Of a stretch of 32,476 nucleotides of DNA, positions 1 through 9,280 are shown one piece after another. Positions within the stretch are counted from its first letter, which is position 1; each line of letters starts with the position of its first letter. The notes beneath the pieces were generated by a model. It saw nothing but the letters and a program-made list of their open reading frames with translations, was not told where the DNA came from and made no database searches. Source of the DNA: a bacterium (GTDB taxonomy: Bacteria > Omnitrophota > Gorgyraeia > Gygaellales > Profunditerraquicolaceae); assembly GCA_021813045.1 (NCBI GenBank), contig JAKAMF010000003.1:1-32476 (forward strand), in the 5' to 3' direction. Made by a program: the position numbers and the translations under genes.

Positions 1-1
1 T

Positions 2-874
2 ATTCCGGTTTTCTACGCTATAAAAGATACTTTTCGCGATTCCCGGCTAACCGTAATTGTTAATCCGGATACCGAACCGCTGGCGAAGATGATCAAGCCA
101 ATCAATGAAATTTTGACCTGGGAGAATCGAAAACATTCTTTAACGGAAATTTTTCGTTTTAGCCGCCAAATTAAAAAAAAACAATTTGATGCCTGCCTGA
201 TCCTTAACCCGTCACAAGAAATGAATGTGATATGTTTTCTGGCGGGGGTACCTTTACGGGCAGGATTTGACCGGAAATGCGGCTTTCTTTTGAATAAAAA
301 AATAAAAGACCAGAAACATTTAGCGTTAAAACATGAAATTGACTACAATCTTGAGCTAGCTGAATTAATCAATGCCAAAACCGGTATAATAAATTATACA
401 ATTAACCTTGGCGATAGCCTTGTTAGTAAGGATAACCTAATTGCCATTCATCCCTGGACCAGCGACCCAAGAAAACAATGGCCAATAGAAAATTTTATTG
501 CATTAGCCAAACAATGCGTGGTTAAATTCGAAAACAAAGTTATAATAGTGGGTAAAACAAACAGCCCGGAAAATAAGTTATTTGATAATCTGGGAGAAAA
601 AATCAAGAATTTAACCAACCAGACATCATTGGAAGAGCTTGGGCTGCTTTTAAAAAAATCCCGGCTTTTAATTTCAACCGATAGCGGCCCGGCGCATTTA
701 GCTGCGGCGGTTGGCACTCCGGTAATCGCGTTATTCCGTAATGACTTGGCCGGAAAAACCGCCAAACGCTGGGGCCCCTGGGGGAAACAGCACATAATCA
801 TTGAAAAAGATAGTTTAGGCGAAATCAAAGTTGAAGAAGTGCTCGAAAAAATAAAGGGGTTATTAAACCGATGA
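2..874 (+). CDS. Glycosyltransferase family 9 (LPS heptosyltransferase-like), 5'-truncated by window edge
   Basis: Frame is open from position 2 (IPVFYAIKDTF...), upstream of the ORF-track ATG at 89. GT9 motifs IAIHPW...KQWP and ISTDSGPAHLAAAVGTPVIALF...WGPW. Confidence 0.88.
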   Translation: MPVFYAIKDTFRDSRLTVIVNPDTEPLAKMIKPINEILTWENRKHSLTEIFRFSRQIKKKQFDACLILNPSQEMNVICFLAGVPLRAGFDRKCGFLLNKKIKDQKHLALKHEIDYNLELAELINAKTGIINYTINLGDSLVSKDNLIAIHPWTSDPRKQWPIENFIALAKQCVVKFENKVIIVGKTNSPENKLFDNLGEKIKNLTNQTSLEELGLLLKKSRLLISTDSGPAHLAAAVGTPVIALFRNDLAGKTAKRWGPWGKQHIIIEKDSLGEIKVEEVLEKIKGLLNR

Positions 875-1899
875 ATTATGCGATAATTTTAGCCGGTGGT
901 ATCGGCAGTCGATTTTGGCCGTTAAGCAGCGATAGTGAGCCAAAACAATTCTTGCCGGTCTATTCCTCCAAGCCGATGCTTAAAGAAACAATAGAGAGGA
1001 TCGCGCATTTTATTAAAAAAAAGAATACTTATGTGGCTGCTAACGCCAAACACCGCGGTAAAATCAATACCTGCTTAAAAGGCGCGGGAATTAAAACAGA
1101 AAATATCTTTTTTGAGCCTCGAGGGAAAAATACCTTTGCGCCAATCGCATATTTGGCCCAGAGAATCCAAAAAATAGACCCCGAAGCGGTAATCTCTATT
1201 TTGCCCTGCGACCATGTTATCCAAAATAATAAAAAGTTTCTGCAATACCTGGCAGTAGCTAACAAAATAGCCGATCGACAGCGTGCGATTGTTACCTTTG
1301 GGATTAAACCCAAAAGGCCGGAAACAGGGTATGGATACATTAAAATAAAATCCCAAGTACTAAATTCCAAATCCCAAAATTATTTTAGTGTGGAAAAATT
1401 TGTCGAAAAGCCGGATGAAAAAAGAGCAAAAGAATATATTAAAGACGGCAGATATTACTGGAATAGCGGAATATTTATTTTCCGCGCTGATCTCATTTTA
1501 AGTGAAATCGCCAAATTACAGCCGCAGGCATTTAAAGATTTAAATAAAAGCCTTGCTTTAAAATGCCTTTGGGAAAAATTGCCTACAATATCCATTGATT
1601 ACGCAATTATGGAAAAAACTAAAAAAATAGCCCTGTTGCCTGTTCAATACGGCTGGATAGACTTAGGCAGCTGGCAAGCAATCGAGGAGATTATGAAAAA
1701 GGATAAAAACGGGAATATCTTTAAGGGCGACTGCGTTGATATCGGCAGCAAGAATACTCTTGTCTGGTCTAGCTGCCGGAAAGTTGCTACCGTCGGGCTA
1801 AAAGATACGGTAATCGTAGAGACCAAAGACGCAATTTTAGTCTGCGCTAAGGGCCAAACGCAAGCAGTTAAGCAAATCGCGCAAAAGATCAAAAAATGA
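871..1899 (+). CDS. manC: Mannose-1-phosphate guanylyltransferase (monofunctional, no C-terminal PMI cupin)
   Basis: ILAGGIGSRFWPLS...PKQF, PCDH, PETGYGYI, FVEKP, WNSGIF, SIDYAIMEK, WIDLGSW. ATGA overlap with the upstream gene. Confidence 0.9.
   Translation: MNYAIILAGGIGSRFWPLSSDSEPKQFLPVYSSKPMLKETIERIAHFIKKKNTYVAANAKHRGKINTCLKGAGIKTENIFFEPRGKNTFAPIAYLAQRIQKIDPEAVISILPCDHVIQNNKKFLQYLAVANKIADRQRAIVTFGIKPKRPETGYGYIKIKSQVLNSKSQNYFSVEKFVEKPDEKRAKEYIKDGRYYWNSGIFIFRADLILSEIAKLQPQAFKDLNKSLALKCLWEKLPTISIDYAIMEKTKKIALLPVQYGWIDLGSWQAIEEIMKKDKNGNIFKGDCVDIGSKNTLVWSSCRKVATVGLKDTVIVETKDAILVCAKGQTQAVKQIAQKIKK
1348..1375 (+). repeat. Degenerate heptamer tandem repeat inside manC
   Basis: AAATCCC-AAGTACT-AAATTCC-AAATCCC, encoding KSQVLNSKS in the loop after GYGYI. 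Confidence 0.6.
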
Positions 1900-2960
1900 A
1901 GTACCTGATAGTTAATCCTTTTGGGATCGGCGACGTCCTGTTTACTTCCGGAATAATCAGGGAAATTAAAGAGGCATCTGCCCAAAATCGCGTAAGCTAC
2001 TGGTGTAACTTACGCGTAAAAGAAATCCTCGAGCATAACCCCCGCCTAGACAGGGTATTTGCTTTATCGCGCGGGGACTTAAAAAATATCCATCAACAAT
2101 CCCCCTGGTTGGCTCTAAAAGAGTTTTTAAAGCTTGCCGCGGGAATAAAAAAAGAGCATTTTGACGCGCTGATTGACTTTTCCCTGGACCATCGCTATTG
2201 CCTTTTAGCAAAAATTCTGGGGATAAAAAAAAGGGTGGGATTTAATTATAAGAATCGCGGCAGATTCTTAACCGAAAAAATTGAAATCTCCTCCTACGAC
2301 AAACAGCATATTGTGGATTACTATTTAAAAATTCTAGAAATTTTAAATATCCGGCCGCGATCAAAAGATTTAGAAATTTTTACTTCAGATAAAGATAATA
2401 AAACAGCCGGCCATATCTTTTCCAAAAACAACATTGGCGATACCGATATAGTAATCGGCATTGCCGCGGGAGCTGGAGCCAGCTGGGGAAAAGACGCCAG
2501 TTTAAAACGCTGGCCGGCAATTAAATATGCTCAAATTTGCGATAAGATCTCGGAAGATTGCCGCGCCAAAATAATCTTATTGGGCGATAAATCAGAAAAG
2601 CCGATTGCCGATGTAATTTGCGCGGCAATGAAAAATAAGCCGATCGACTTAACTGGAAAATTAGGATTGGGCGAACTGGTGGCGGTAATTAAAAAATTAA
2701 CCATGCTGATTACTAATGACGGCGGGCCTTTGCATATAGCGGTAGCAAATAATATAAAAACTGTCTCTATATTCGGGCCGGTTGACGAAAAAGTTTACGG
2801 GCCGTATCCGGTTTCGCCAAAGCATGCCGTTATTACCGCCGAGGTAAGCTGCCGGCCGTGCTACCGTAATTTCAAAATGCCGCCATGCGATAAAGACAGG
2901 CAATGCATATACTCTATAGATTCACAAACGGTTTTTCAGGCAGTAAGGAGACAACTATGA
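1896..2960 (+). CDS. waaF: LPS heptosyltransferase II-like GT9
   Basis: N-terminal GIGDVLF, GAGASWG...KRWP, TNDGGPLHIAVA, SIFGP, C-terminal CRPC...C...C. Confidence 0.8.
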   Translation: MKYLIVNPFGIGDVLFTSGIIREIKEASAQNRVSYWCNLRVKEILEHNPRLDRVFALSRGDLKNIHQQSPWLALKEFLKLAAGIKKEHFDALIDFSLDHRYCLLAKILGIKKRVGFNYKNRGRFLTEKIEISSYDKQHIVDYYLKILEILNIRPRSKDLEIFTSDKDNKTAGHIFSKNNIGDTDIVIGIAAGAGASWGKDASLKRWPAIKYAQICDKISEDCRAKIILLGDKSEKPIADVICAAMKNKPIDLTGKLGLGELVAVIKKLTMLITNDGGPLHIAVANNIKTVSIFGPVDEKVYGPYPVSPKHAVITAEVSCRPCYRNFKMPPCDKDRQCIYSIDSQTVFQAVRRQL

Positions 2961-4075
2961 AAGTTCCTTTTATTGACTTAAAGATACAACACCAAAAGAT
3001 AAACCAAGAGCTTAAAAAGGCAATAGCTGCTGTTCTAAAAAGGAATGATTTTATCTTAGGCCAAGATACCGCGCTTTTTGAGCAGGAATTTGCCAAATTC
3101 TGCCTGGCTAAATACGCAATCGGCGTAGCCTCTGGCACAGACGGTATTTTTTTGGGCCTGCTGGCCTTAGGGATTAAGCAGGGCGACGAAGTCCTTGTCC
3201 CTGATTTTACTTATATTGCTACGGCAAACGCGGTTTCCTACACGCAAGCCAAGCCGGTTTTTGTGGATATTGATGAAAAGACTTATAATATAGATGTAAA
3301 ATGCCTTAAAAAAGCGATTACCAAGCGCACTAAAGCAATTATTCCCGTACATTTATTTGGACAAGCGGCAAATATGCCGGAAATTCAAAAAATTACCGCG
3401 CAATACGGCCTAAAAATTATTGAAGACGCAGCCCAAGCGCACGGCACAAGCGTAAAACTTAATGACCGGCAATGGCATAACACCGGTACATTAGGCGATT
3501 TAGCAGCATTCAGTTTTTATCCGACTAAAAATTTAGGCGGGATGGGCGATGGCGGAATGATAACCACAAATAACGAAAGGATCTACAAAAAAATCCTTAT
3601 GTTGCGTGATTGCGGCAGGGTTTCAAAATACGACCATCAAATAATCGGCTATAATTCAAGGCTAGATACCCTGCAAGCGGCAATCCTGAGGGTTAAACTA
3701 AAAAAAATTGCTTTTGGGAACCAGCTGCGCCAGGAATCAGCTCAGCTCTATAATCAACTTCTTGAAAATACGAACGTCGTCACGCCGTTTTGCGCTGATT
3801 TTTCTTCTCATATTTACCATGCCTATGTAATCAGGGTTAAAAACAGGCGAAACGAATTACTGGCTCATTTTAAGAAAAAAGGCATCGGTTCAATCGTATA
3901 CTACCCGATACCGCTGCATTTACAAGGCGCTTACAAAAATCTAAATTATAAAAAAGGTGATTTTCCGATTACGGAAAAATTAGCCCAAGAAGTAATTTCT
4001 TTGCCGATCTATCCCTATATCAGTAAAAAACAGATTGAGTACGTAGCTCAAACCATAAAGGAGTTTTATCGATAA
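2957..4075 (+). CDS. DegT/DnrJ/EryC1/StrS-family PLP-dependent nucleotide-sugar aminotransferase
   Basis: Start reassigned to ATG 2957 (MKVPFIDL): AAGGAG SD at 2945-2950 and ATGA overlap. Motifs IEDAAQAHG, SFYPTKNLG (PLP Lys), GYNSRLD. Confidence 0.92.
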   Translation: MKVPFIDLKIQHQKINQELKKAIAAVLKRNDFILGQDTALFEQEFAKFCLAKYAIGVASGTDGIFLGLLALGIKQGDEVLVPDFTYIATANAVSYTQAKPVFVDIDEKTYNIDVKCLKKAITKRTKAIIPVHLFGQAANMPEIQKITAQYGLKIIEDAAQAHGTSVKLNDRQWHNTGTLGDLAAFSFYPTKNLGGMGDGGMITTNNERIYKKILMLRDCGRVSKYDHQIIGYNSRLDTLQAAILRVKLKKIAFGNQLRQESAQLYNQLLENTNVVTPFCADFSSHIYHAYVIRVKNRRNELLAHFKKKGIGSIVYYPIPLHLQGAYKNLNYKKGDFPITEKLAQEVISLPIYPYISKKQIEYVAQTIKEFYR

Positions 4076-4851
4076 TGGAAAAGACACCGCTATCCGTGGT
4101 AATTCTTACTAAAAATGAAGAGGCGCGGATCACCAAGTGCCTTGACTCAGCCAGCTTTGCCGATGATATTATCGTGGTTGATGATTTAAGTTCTGACAAA
4201 ACCGTTGAGATTGCCAAAAAATACACCGATCGGATTTTTATCAGAAAAATGGAAATAGAGGGAACACACAGAAACTGGGCTTACGCTCAAGCAAAAAATA
4301 CCTGGGTCTTAAGTTTAGACGCCGATGAAATCGTTACGCCGGAGCTAAAAGAAGAAATAATCCGTACTTTAAAAAATACTCCACCGGAGAACGGCTTTAC
4401 TATCCCGCGCAGAAACTATTTTGGCGATTACTGGGTAAAGCACGGCGGATGGTATCCCAGCCCGCAGTTAAAACTTTTTAGAAAAGATAAATTCCGTTAT
4501 GAAGAAGTGGCAGTGCATCCGCGGGCCTTTATGGATGACCCTTGCGGCCATTTAAAATCCGACCTGATTCACCATTCCTACCGGAACTTAGAAGATTTCC
4601 TGCGGAAATTAAACAACCAAACCACCTATGAAGCGCAAAAATGGTATAATCAAGGCAAACCGATGCGCTTGGGCAGATTTTCCTACCGCGCGATTGACCG
4701 GTTTATCCGAACCTATATTGCCAGAAAAGGCTACAAGGACGGTTTTATCGGCCTGATCATTGGTTTTAACGCCGCACTCTATCAAATTATCAGTTATCTT
4801 AAATACAGAGAAATTATCTTTAATAAAAAAAATGAAAGCCATCTTTCTTGA
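4075..4851 (+). CDS. Glycosyltransferase family 2 (WaaE/KdtX-like LPS core glucosyltransferase)
   Basis: LSVVILTKNEE, VVDDLSSDKT, WVLSLDADE, VH, GYKDGFIG. Confidence 0.88.
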   Translation: MEKTPLSVVILTKNEEARITKCLDSASFADDIIVVDDLSSDKTVEIAKKYTDRIFIRKMEIEGTHRNWAYAQAKNTWVLSLDADEIVTPELKEEIIRTLKNTPPENGFTIPRRNYFGDYWVKHGGWYPSPQLKLFRKDKFRYEEVAVHPRAFMDDPCGHLKSDLIHHSYRNLEDFLRKLNNQTTYEAQKWYNQGKPMRLGRFSYRAIDRFIRTYIARKGYKDGFIGLIIGFNAALYQIISYLKYREIIFNKKNESHLS

Positions 4852-5392
4852 CCGAGACGGAGTAATTAACCGGCACCCCGGAGATTTTAAATACGTTACC
4901 AGCTGGAAAAAGTTTAAATTTTTAAAAGGCGTTAAATCCGCTTTGAGAGGGCTTTTTCAAGAAGGATACCTGCTTTTTGTCATTTCAAACCAAGCCGGAG
5001 TCTCCAAAGGGGTCTATTCGCAAAAAACCCTGGACGAAATTACCGCTAAAATGCTCTGTCAATTACAAAAAGCGAATGCTTTATTTCAAGCGGTATATTA
5101 TTGCGTTCATAAAAAAGAGGAGAATTGCGGATGCCGGAAACCCAAGCCCGGCCTAATTAAAAAAGCGATTAAAGAAGCGAAAGAATTCGGAATAAAAATT
5201 AACCCTAAAGAAAGTTATTTTGTTGGCGATACCCAAAGGGATATCGAAGCGGGAAATAGCGCAGGCCTAAAAACTATACTTGTTTTTTCCGGTAAAGAAA
5301 AACCGGGAGGACAAAGGGATTGGAAAATTAAGCCGGATTTTTACGCGAAAGATATTCTGGCAGCAGCAAAAATTATCCTAAAAGAAAAATGA
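4832..5392 (+). CDS. gmhB: D,D-heptose 1,7-bisphosphate phosphatase (HAD)
   Basis: Start reassigned to ATG 4832 (MKAIFLDRDGVIN). Motifs SNQAGV, CVH...CGCRKPKPG, FVGD. Confidence 0.88.
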   Translation: MKAIFLDRDGVINRHPGDFKYVTSWKKFKFLKGVKSALRGLFQEGYLLFVISNQAGVSKGVYSQKTLDEITAKMLCQLQKANALFQAVYYCVHKKEENCGCRKPKPGLIKKAIKEAKEFGIKINPKESYFVGDTQRDIEAGNSAGLKTILVFSGKEKPGGQRDWKIKPDFYAKDILAAAKIILKEK

Positions 5393-6480
5393 AAATCATT
5401 ATCGTCCATGCCTCAGCAGGAGCCGGACACAAAAAAGCCGCGGAAGCGCTTTATGTCTATTTTAAACAGCGTTCGCCGCAAGATAAAATTGAAATTATCG
5501 ATATCCTGGAAAAAACCCGGCCATTTTTTAAAAAAGTTTATATCCACGGTTATAATTTTTTAATCAATAACTGCCTGTGGTTATGGCACTTCTTATTCTG
5601 GGTTACTTCTTTGAAATTCCTGCGCGGTTTCCACAGCTATTGGAGTATGGGCTTGAACCGTATTTTTACCGCAGAATTCAGCCAGTATATCATTAAAGAA
5701 AATCCTGATTTGATTATCTCCACGCATTTTCTTCCCCCGGAAATCTGCACCTGCCTAAAACAAAAGAATAAAATTTCTTCTCAATTAGCCACCGTAGTCA
5801 CTGACTACGGTATCCATCCGTTCTGGATACATAAAGGCACGGATAAATACATTGTTGCTTCCCAGCTTTCCCGGCAAATATTAGAAAAACAAGGGGTTGA
5901 AAAAGAAAAAATCTTCGTCTGCGGCATACCGATTGACCCTAAATTTACCACGGTTGGAGATAAAAGATCAATTTGCGAAAAAATAGGGATCAGAAACGAT
6001 ATCTTTACCGTGCTAATCACAACCGGGTCATCGGGGATCGGGCCGATCGAAAAAATCGTTGAGATGTTAAACGACGGGCTGCAGGTTTTGGTTGTCTGCG
6101 CCAATAACCAAGCGCTCTTTCAAAAACTCAACGCCAAAAATTACGCTTATTTAAAAGTTTTTGGGTTTGTTAACAATATTGAAGAATTAATGCGAGTGTC
6201 GGATATAGTTATTGCCAAACCGGGAGGCATGACCACTTCTGAAATATTGTGCATGGAGTTGGTGCCAATATTTATCAGCCCAATACCCGGACAGGAAACT
6301 ATGAATTTAAAAGTAATGACGGAATTAGGCATCGGGCATTTCCCCTCAAATATTAACGAAATAAAGAAGACCATCTTTGAATACCGCGACAACCCTCAAA
6401 AAATTATCCTGCAAAAAGAAAAAATCCGCAAAATTAAAAAGCCAGACGCAGCTCAGGAAATTTATAATGCCTTACGCTAG
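5389..6480 (+). CDS. MGDG synthase/UgtP-like diacylglycerol glycosyltransferase (GT28)
   Basis: SAGAGHKKAAEA, ISTHF, VVTDYGIHPFW, GIPID, KPGGMTTSE, PIPGQE. Confidence 0.85.
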   Translation: MKIIIVHASAGAGHKKAAEALYVYFKQRSPQDKIEIIDILEKTRPFFKKVYIHGYNFLINNCLWLWHFLFWVTSLKFLRGFHSYWSMGLNRIFTAEFSQYIIKENPDLIISTHFLPPEICTCLKQKNKISSQLATVVTDYGIHPFWIHKGTDKYIVASQLSRQILEKQGVEKEKIFVCGIPIDPKFTTVGDKRSICEKIGIRNDIFTVLITTGSSGIGPIEKIVEMLNDGLQVLVVCANNQALFQKLNAKNYAYLKVFGFVNNIEELMRVSDIVIAKPGGMTTSEILCMELVPIFISPIPGQETMNLKVMTELGIGHFPSNINEIKKTIFEYRDNPQKIILQKEKIRKIKKPDAAQEIYNALR

Positions 6481-8302
6481 GGTTGTTTTAGGCCTGCCGT
6501 TAGAAGGGCCATTCGATTACAGCCTAAGCCAGGAAATAAGCCAAAAAGCCAAACCCGGCTGCCGGGCACTGGTATCTTTTGGCAGTCGTAAGCTGACCGG
6601 TTATATAATTGAGCTAACCGACAAAACCAAAGTTAAAAATATTAAAGAGGTTATCCGGTTGATCGACGACAAACCGATCTTAAACCAAAACCAGCTGCTC
6701 TTAACTAAGAAAATTTCTGATTACTATTGCGCCAGCTGGGGGCAGGTAATTGAATCGTCATTGCCAGTGCTATTGAGAAAAGGCAAGCCGATAGATATTG
6801 CGCAATCCGCGGCGGCAAACCAAGGAACAGGAAAAATTACCCTTGCTCATTTTGAAGGTAAAGACAATCGCTGGCAAACGTATTATCCGGAAAAGATCAA
6901 ACAAACGCTATCCGCAAATAAATCCGTAATCATTTTAATTTCTGACTTAGAGAAAATTTCCGGCATTGAGCTGGACTTAAAAGAAAAACTTAACTGCTCC
7001 TTAACAGTTTTAATGCGTAAAGATAAGCAGGAGTTAACCGCCTGGCAGGAGATAAAGGAATCAAAGGTGAAAATTGCTTTAGGCAGCCGCTCAGCCGTGT
7101 TTGCTCCGTTTAGCGATCTGGGCCTGATCATTATGGATGAAGAGCAGTCTTACGGGTATAAACAAGACCAGGCACCGCATTACCACGCCAGAATCGCGGC
7201 AATTACGCGCAGCCAAATTGAAAACGCGGATTTAATTTTAGGCAGCTCCATTCCATCGCTGGAAAGCATGCATCTAGCAAAAGAAGGAATTATTCAATAC
7301 GAACACCTATTATCTTCCCAGCCTAAACCGGAAGTAAAAATTATCGACATGAAAGGGCTGCCGCTAATCTCGCCCAAAAAACACGTAATTCTTTCCAAAT
7401 ACCTGCAAGACGCGATTTCCCACGCTTTGCATAACCAAGAAAAAATATTAATTTTTCTTAACCGCCGCGGATATGCCACTACTGCTTCTTGCGCAACTTG
7501 CGGTTTTACCCTAAAATGCCCTCGCTGCAATTTAAATCTGGTCTTATATTATAAAGAAAACATCCTACGCTGCCATCATTGTAATTTTAAAATTACGCCG
7601 CCCAAAATCTGCCCGTCTTGTAATAAAGGCTATATCCACTATTCAGGAGCAGGAACAGAAAAAATAGAAAGCGAGCTGGCGCGGATTTTTCCGCAGGCAA
7701 AAATTACTTTGCTGGATACGGACAATAAACAGGGAATGTCCGGAGGAGGGATTTTTATCTCTACGCAAAAAGCGCTGAACAGCCAAGATAATTTTGATTT
7801 GACCGTTATCCTGGCCATTGACTCTTCCTTAAACCATGCTGAACTCAGTTCCGCGGAAAGAACTTTTGAAATACTCTGGGCCTTAAATAAAATTACTCTT
7901 AAAAAAATGGTCATCCAGACCGGTTTGAGCCAGCACTATATATTTGAAGCCCTAAACAAAGCCGACAGCCGGATATTTTACGATAGAGAACTAAAACAAA
8001 GAAAAGAACTCAAGCTTCCGCCATTTACTCATATCGGGATAGTAAAAATCCGCGCTAAAATAGAAGATAAAGCCGAGGCCGCCGCGAATAAACTTTTTGC
8101 CCAGCTTGAATCTGCCAAAAATAAAAAGGTGAAAATTATTTCGCTGAATAAACACAGCCCGTATAAATTAAGAGGCAACTACTACTGGAGAATATTGTTG
8201 AGTGCTAAATCCGCTTTAGATATCAGCGGCTTCCTAAAAAGCCAATTTAAGGATTGCCGATATTCTGGTATAATTACTACCGTAGATATCGACCCGGTTT
8301 AA
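6467..8302 (+). CDS. priA: Primosomal protein N' (PriA) with degenerate helicase motifs
   Basis: Start at ATG 6467 (MPYARVVL...FDY). 3'-binding domain, LNRRGYA, Cys-rich region with four CxxC pairs, GTEKIE, LPPF C-terminal domain. Lies directly upstream of fmt. Confidence 0.88.
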   Translation: MPYARVVLGLPLEGPFDYSLSQEISQKAKPGCRALVSFGSRKLTGYIIELTDKTKVKNIKEVIRLIDDKPILNQNQLLLTKKISDYYCASWGQVIESSLPVLLRKGKPIDIAQSAAANQGTGKITLAHFEGKDNRWQTYYPEKIKQTLSANKSVIILISDLEKISGIELDLKEKLNCSLTVLMRKDKQELTAWQEIKESKVKIALGSRSAVFAPFSDLGLIIMDEEQSYGYKQDQAPHYHARIAAITRSQIENADLILGSSIPSLESMHLAKEGIIQYEHLLSSQPKPEVKIIDMKGLPLISPKKHVILSKYLQDAISHALHNQEKILIFLNRRGYATTASCATCGFTLKCPRCNLNLVLYYKENILRCHHCNFKITPPKICPSCNKGYIHYSGAGTEKIESELARIFPQAKITLLDTDNKQGMSGGGIFISTQKALNSQDNFDLTVILAIDSSLNHAELSSAERTFEILWALNKITLKKMVIQTGLSQHYIFEALNKADSRIFYDRELKQRKELKLPPFTHIGIVKIRAKIEDKAEAAANKLFAQLESAKNKKVKIISLNKHSPYKLRGNYYWRILLSAKSALDISGFLKSQFKDCRYSGIITTVDIDPV

Positions 8303-8316
8303 AGGAAAATAAAAAC

Positions 8317-9258
8317 ATGAATATCATATTTTTCGGAAGCTCGGAATTTGCCTTACCGGCCCTCGAGGAATTGCTTGAGGCAGGCAATAAAATCTCCTGT
8401 GTTATCACACAAGAAGATAAAAAACAGGGGCGCGGTATGCAGATTCGTTATACCCCAATAAAAGAATTTGCCTTAAAAAACGGATTAAATATTTTTCAGC
8501 CGGCTAATATTAATTCTCCCCAAAGTTCGGAATTTCTAAAAAAACATCAGCCAGACTTATTCATTGTAGCCGCCTACGGGCAAATTCTCTCTCCGGAAAT
8601 CTTAGCGATACCTAAAATCATGCCCTTAAATATCCACGGATCATTGTTACCTAGTTTTCGCGGAGCAGCTCCTATAAATTGGGCGGTAATTAAAGGAGAA
8701 AGCAAAACCGGGGTGAGCATAATTAAAATGAGCCCCCGCATGGATGCCGGGCCGATAATTCTTACCAAGCAGACTGCCATCGAAGAAAACGATGACGCTT
8801 TAACCTTAGAAAATAAACTGTCAGAATTAGGGGCGCAGGCTATGTTAGAATCAATCAGTCTGATCAAAAGCGGAAAATATACTTTGATCCCGCAGGAAGA
8901 AAATAAGGCCACTCTGGCGCCAAAACTTAAAAAGGACAACGGCAGGATCAACTGGGAAGACAGTGCGTTAAATATACGTAACCTTATCCGCGGATGTTTA
9001 GGATGGCCGGATGCCTTTACGAGTTATAATGGTAAAATACTAAAGATACTTAAGGCACAAGACACAGGGCACAAGGCACAAGAAAAAAATAAGCCGGGAA
9101 CCATAATACAGGTTTCTCCGGAAGGTATATTAGTAGCTACGGGAGAAGGCAGCCTTTTAATTAAAGAATTACAGCTGGAAGGTAAAAAAAGAATGCCTAG
9201 CGCGGATTTTGTTGCCGGGCATAAAATTAAACCGGGCGAAATCCTGGATAATTTTTAA
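8317..9258 (+). CDS. fmt: Methionyl-tRNA formyltransferase
   Basis: Start at ATG 8317 (MNIIFFGSSEFA). Motifs AAYGQIL, NIHGSLLPSFRGAAPI, MDAGP, QLEGKKRM. Confidence 0.95.
   Translation: MNIIFFGSSEFALPALEELLEAGNKISCVITQEDKKQGRGMQIRYTPIKEFALKNGLNIFQPANINSPQSSEFLKKHQPDLFIVAAYGQILSPEILAIPKIMPLNIHGSLLPSFRGAAPINWAVIKGESKTGVSIIKMSPRMDAGPIILTKQTAIEENDDALTLENKLSELGAQAMLESISLIKSGKYTLIPQEENKATLAPKLKKDNGRINWEDSALNIRNLIRGCLGWPDAFTSYNGKILKILKAQDTGHKAQEKNKPGTIIQVSPEGILVATGEGSLLIKELQLEGKKRMPSADFVAGHKIKPGEILDNF
9054..9081 (+). repeat. Heptamer tandem repeat inside fmt
   Basis: GGCACAA-GACACAG-GGCACAA-GGCACAA, encoding (K)AQDTGHKAQ in the C-terminal domain loop. Confidence 0.7.
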
Positions 9259-9272
9259 GATTGTGTTAAAAT
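9244..9272 (+). promoter_or_regulatory. Putative sigma70 promoter (extended -10) for the galT pair
   Basis: CTGGAT-N17-TAAAAT (9267-9272) with TG at 9264-9265. ATG lies 8 nt downstream; no SD. Confidence 0.5.
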
Positions 9273-9280
9273 AGGCCATT

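Noticed and set aside
2903-2956. ORF-track N-terminal extensions (DegT 2903, gmhB 4760, priA 6377, fmt 8254, aroQ 30862, dgc 29263)
   Set aside because: They overlap upstream genes or promoters. Downstream ATGs match family N-termini and SD or coupling signals.
6818-6841. NQGTGKIT as the PriA Walker A
   Set aside because: It lies before, not after, the hydrophobic strand (ITLAH) that should precede the P-loop, and lacks GK[ST].
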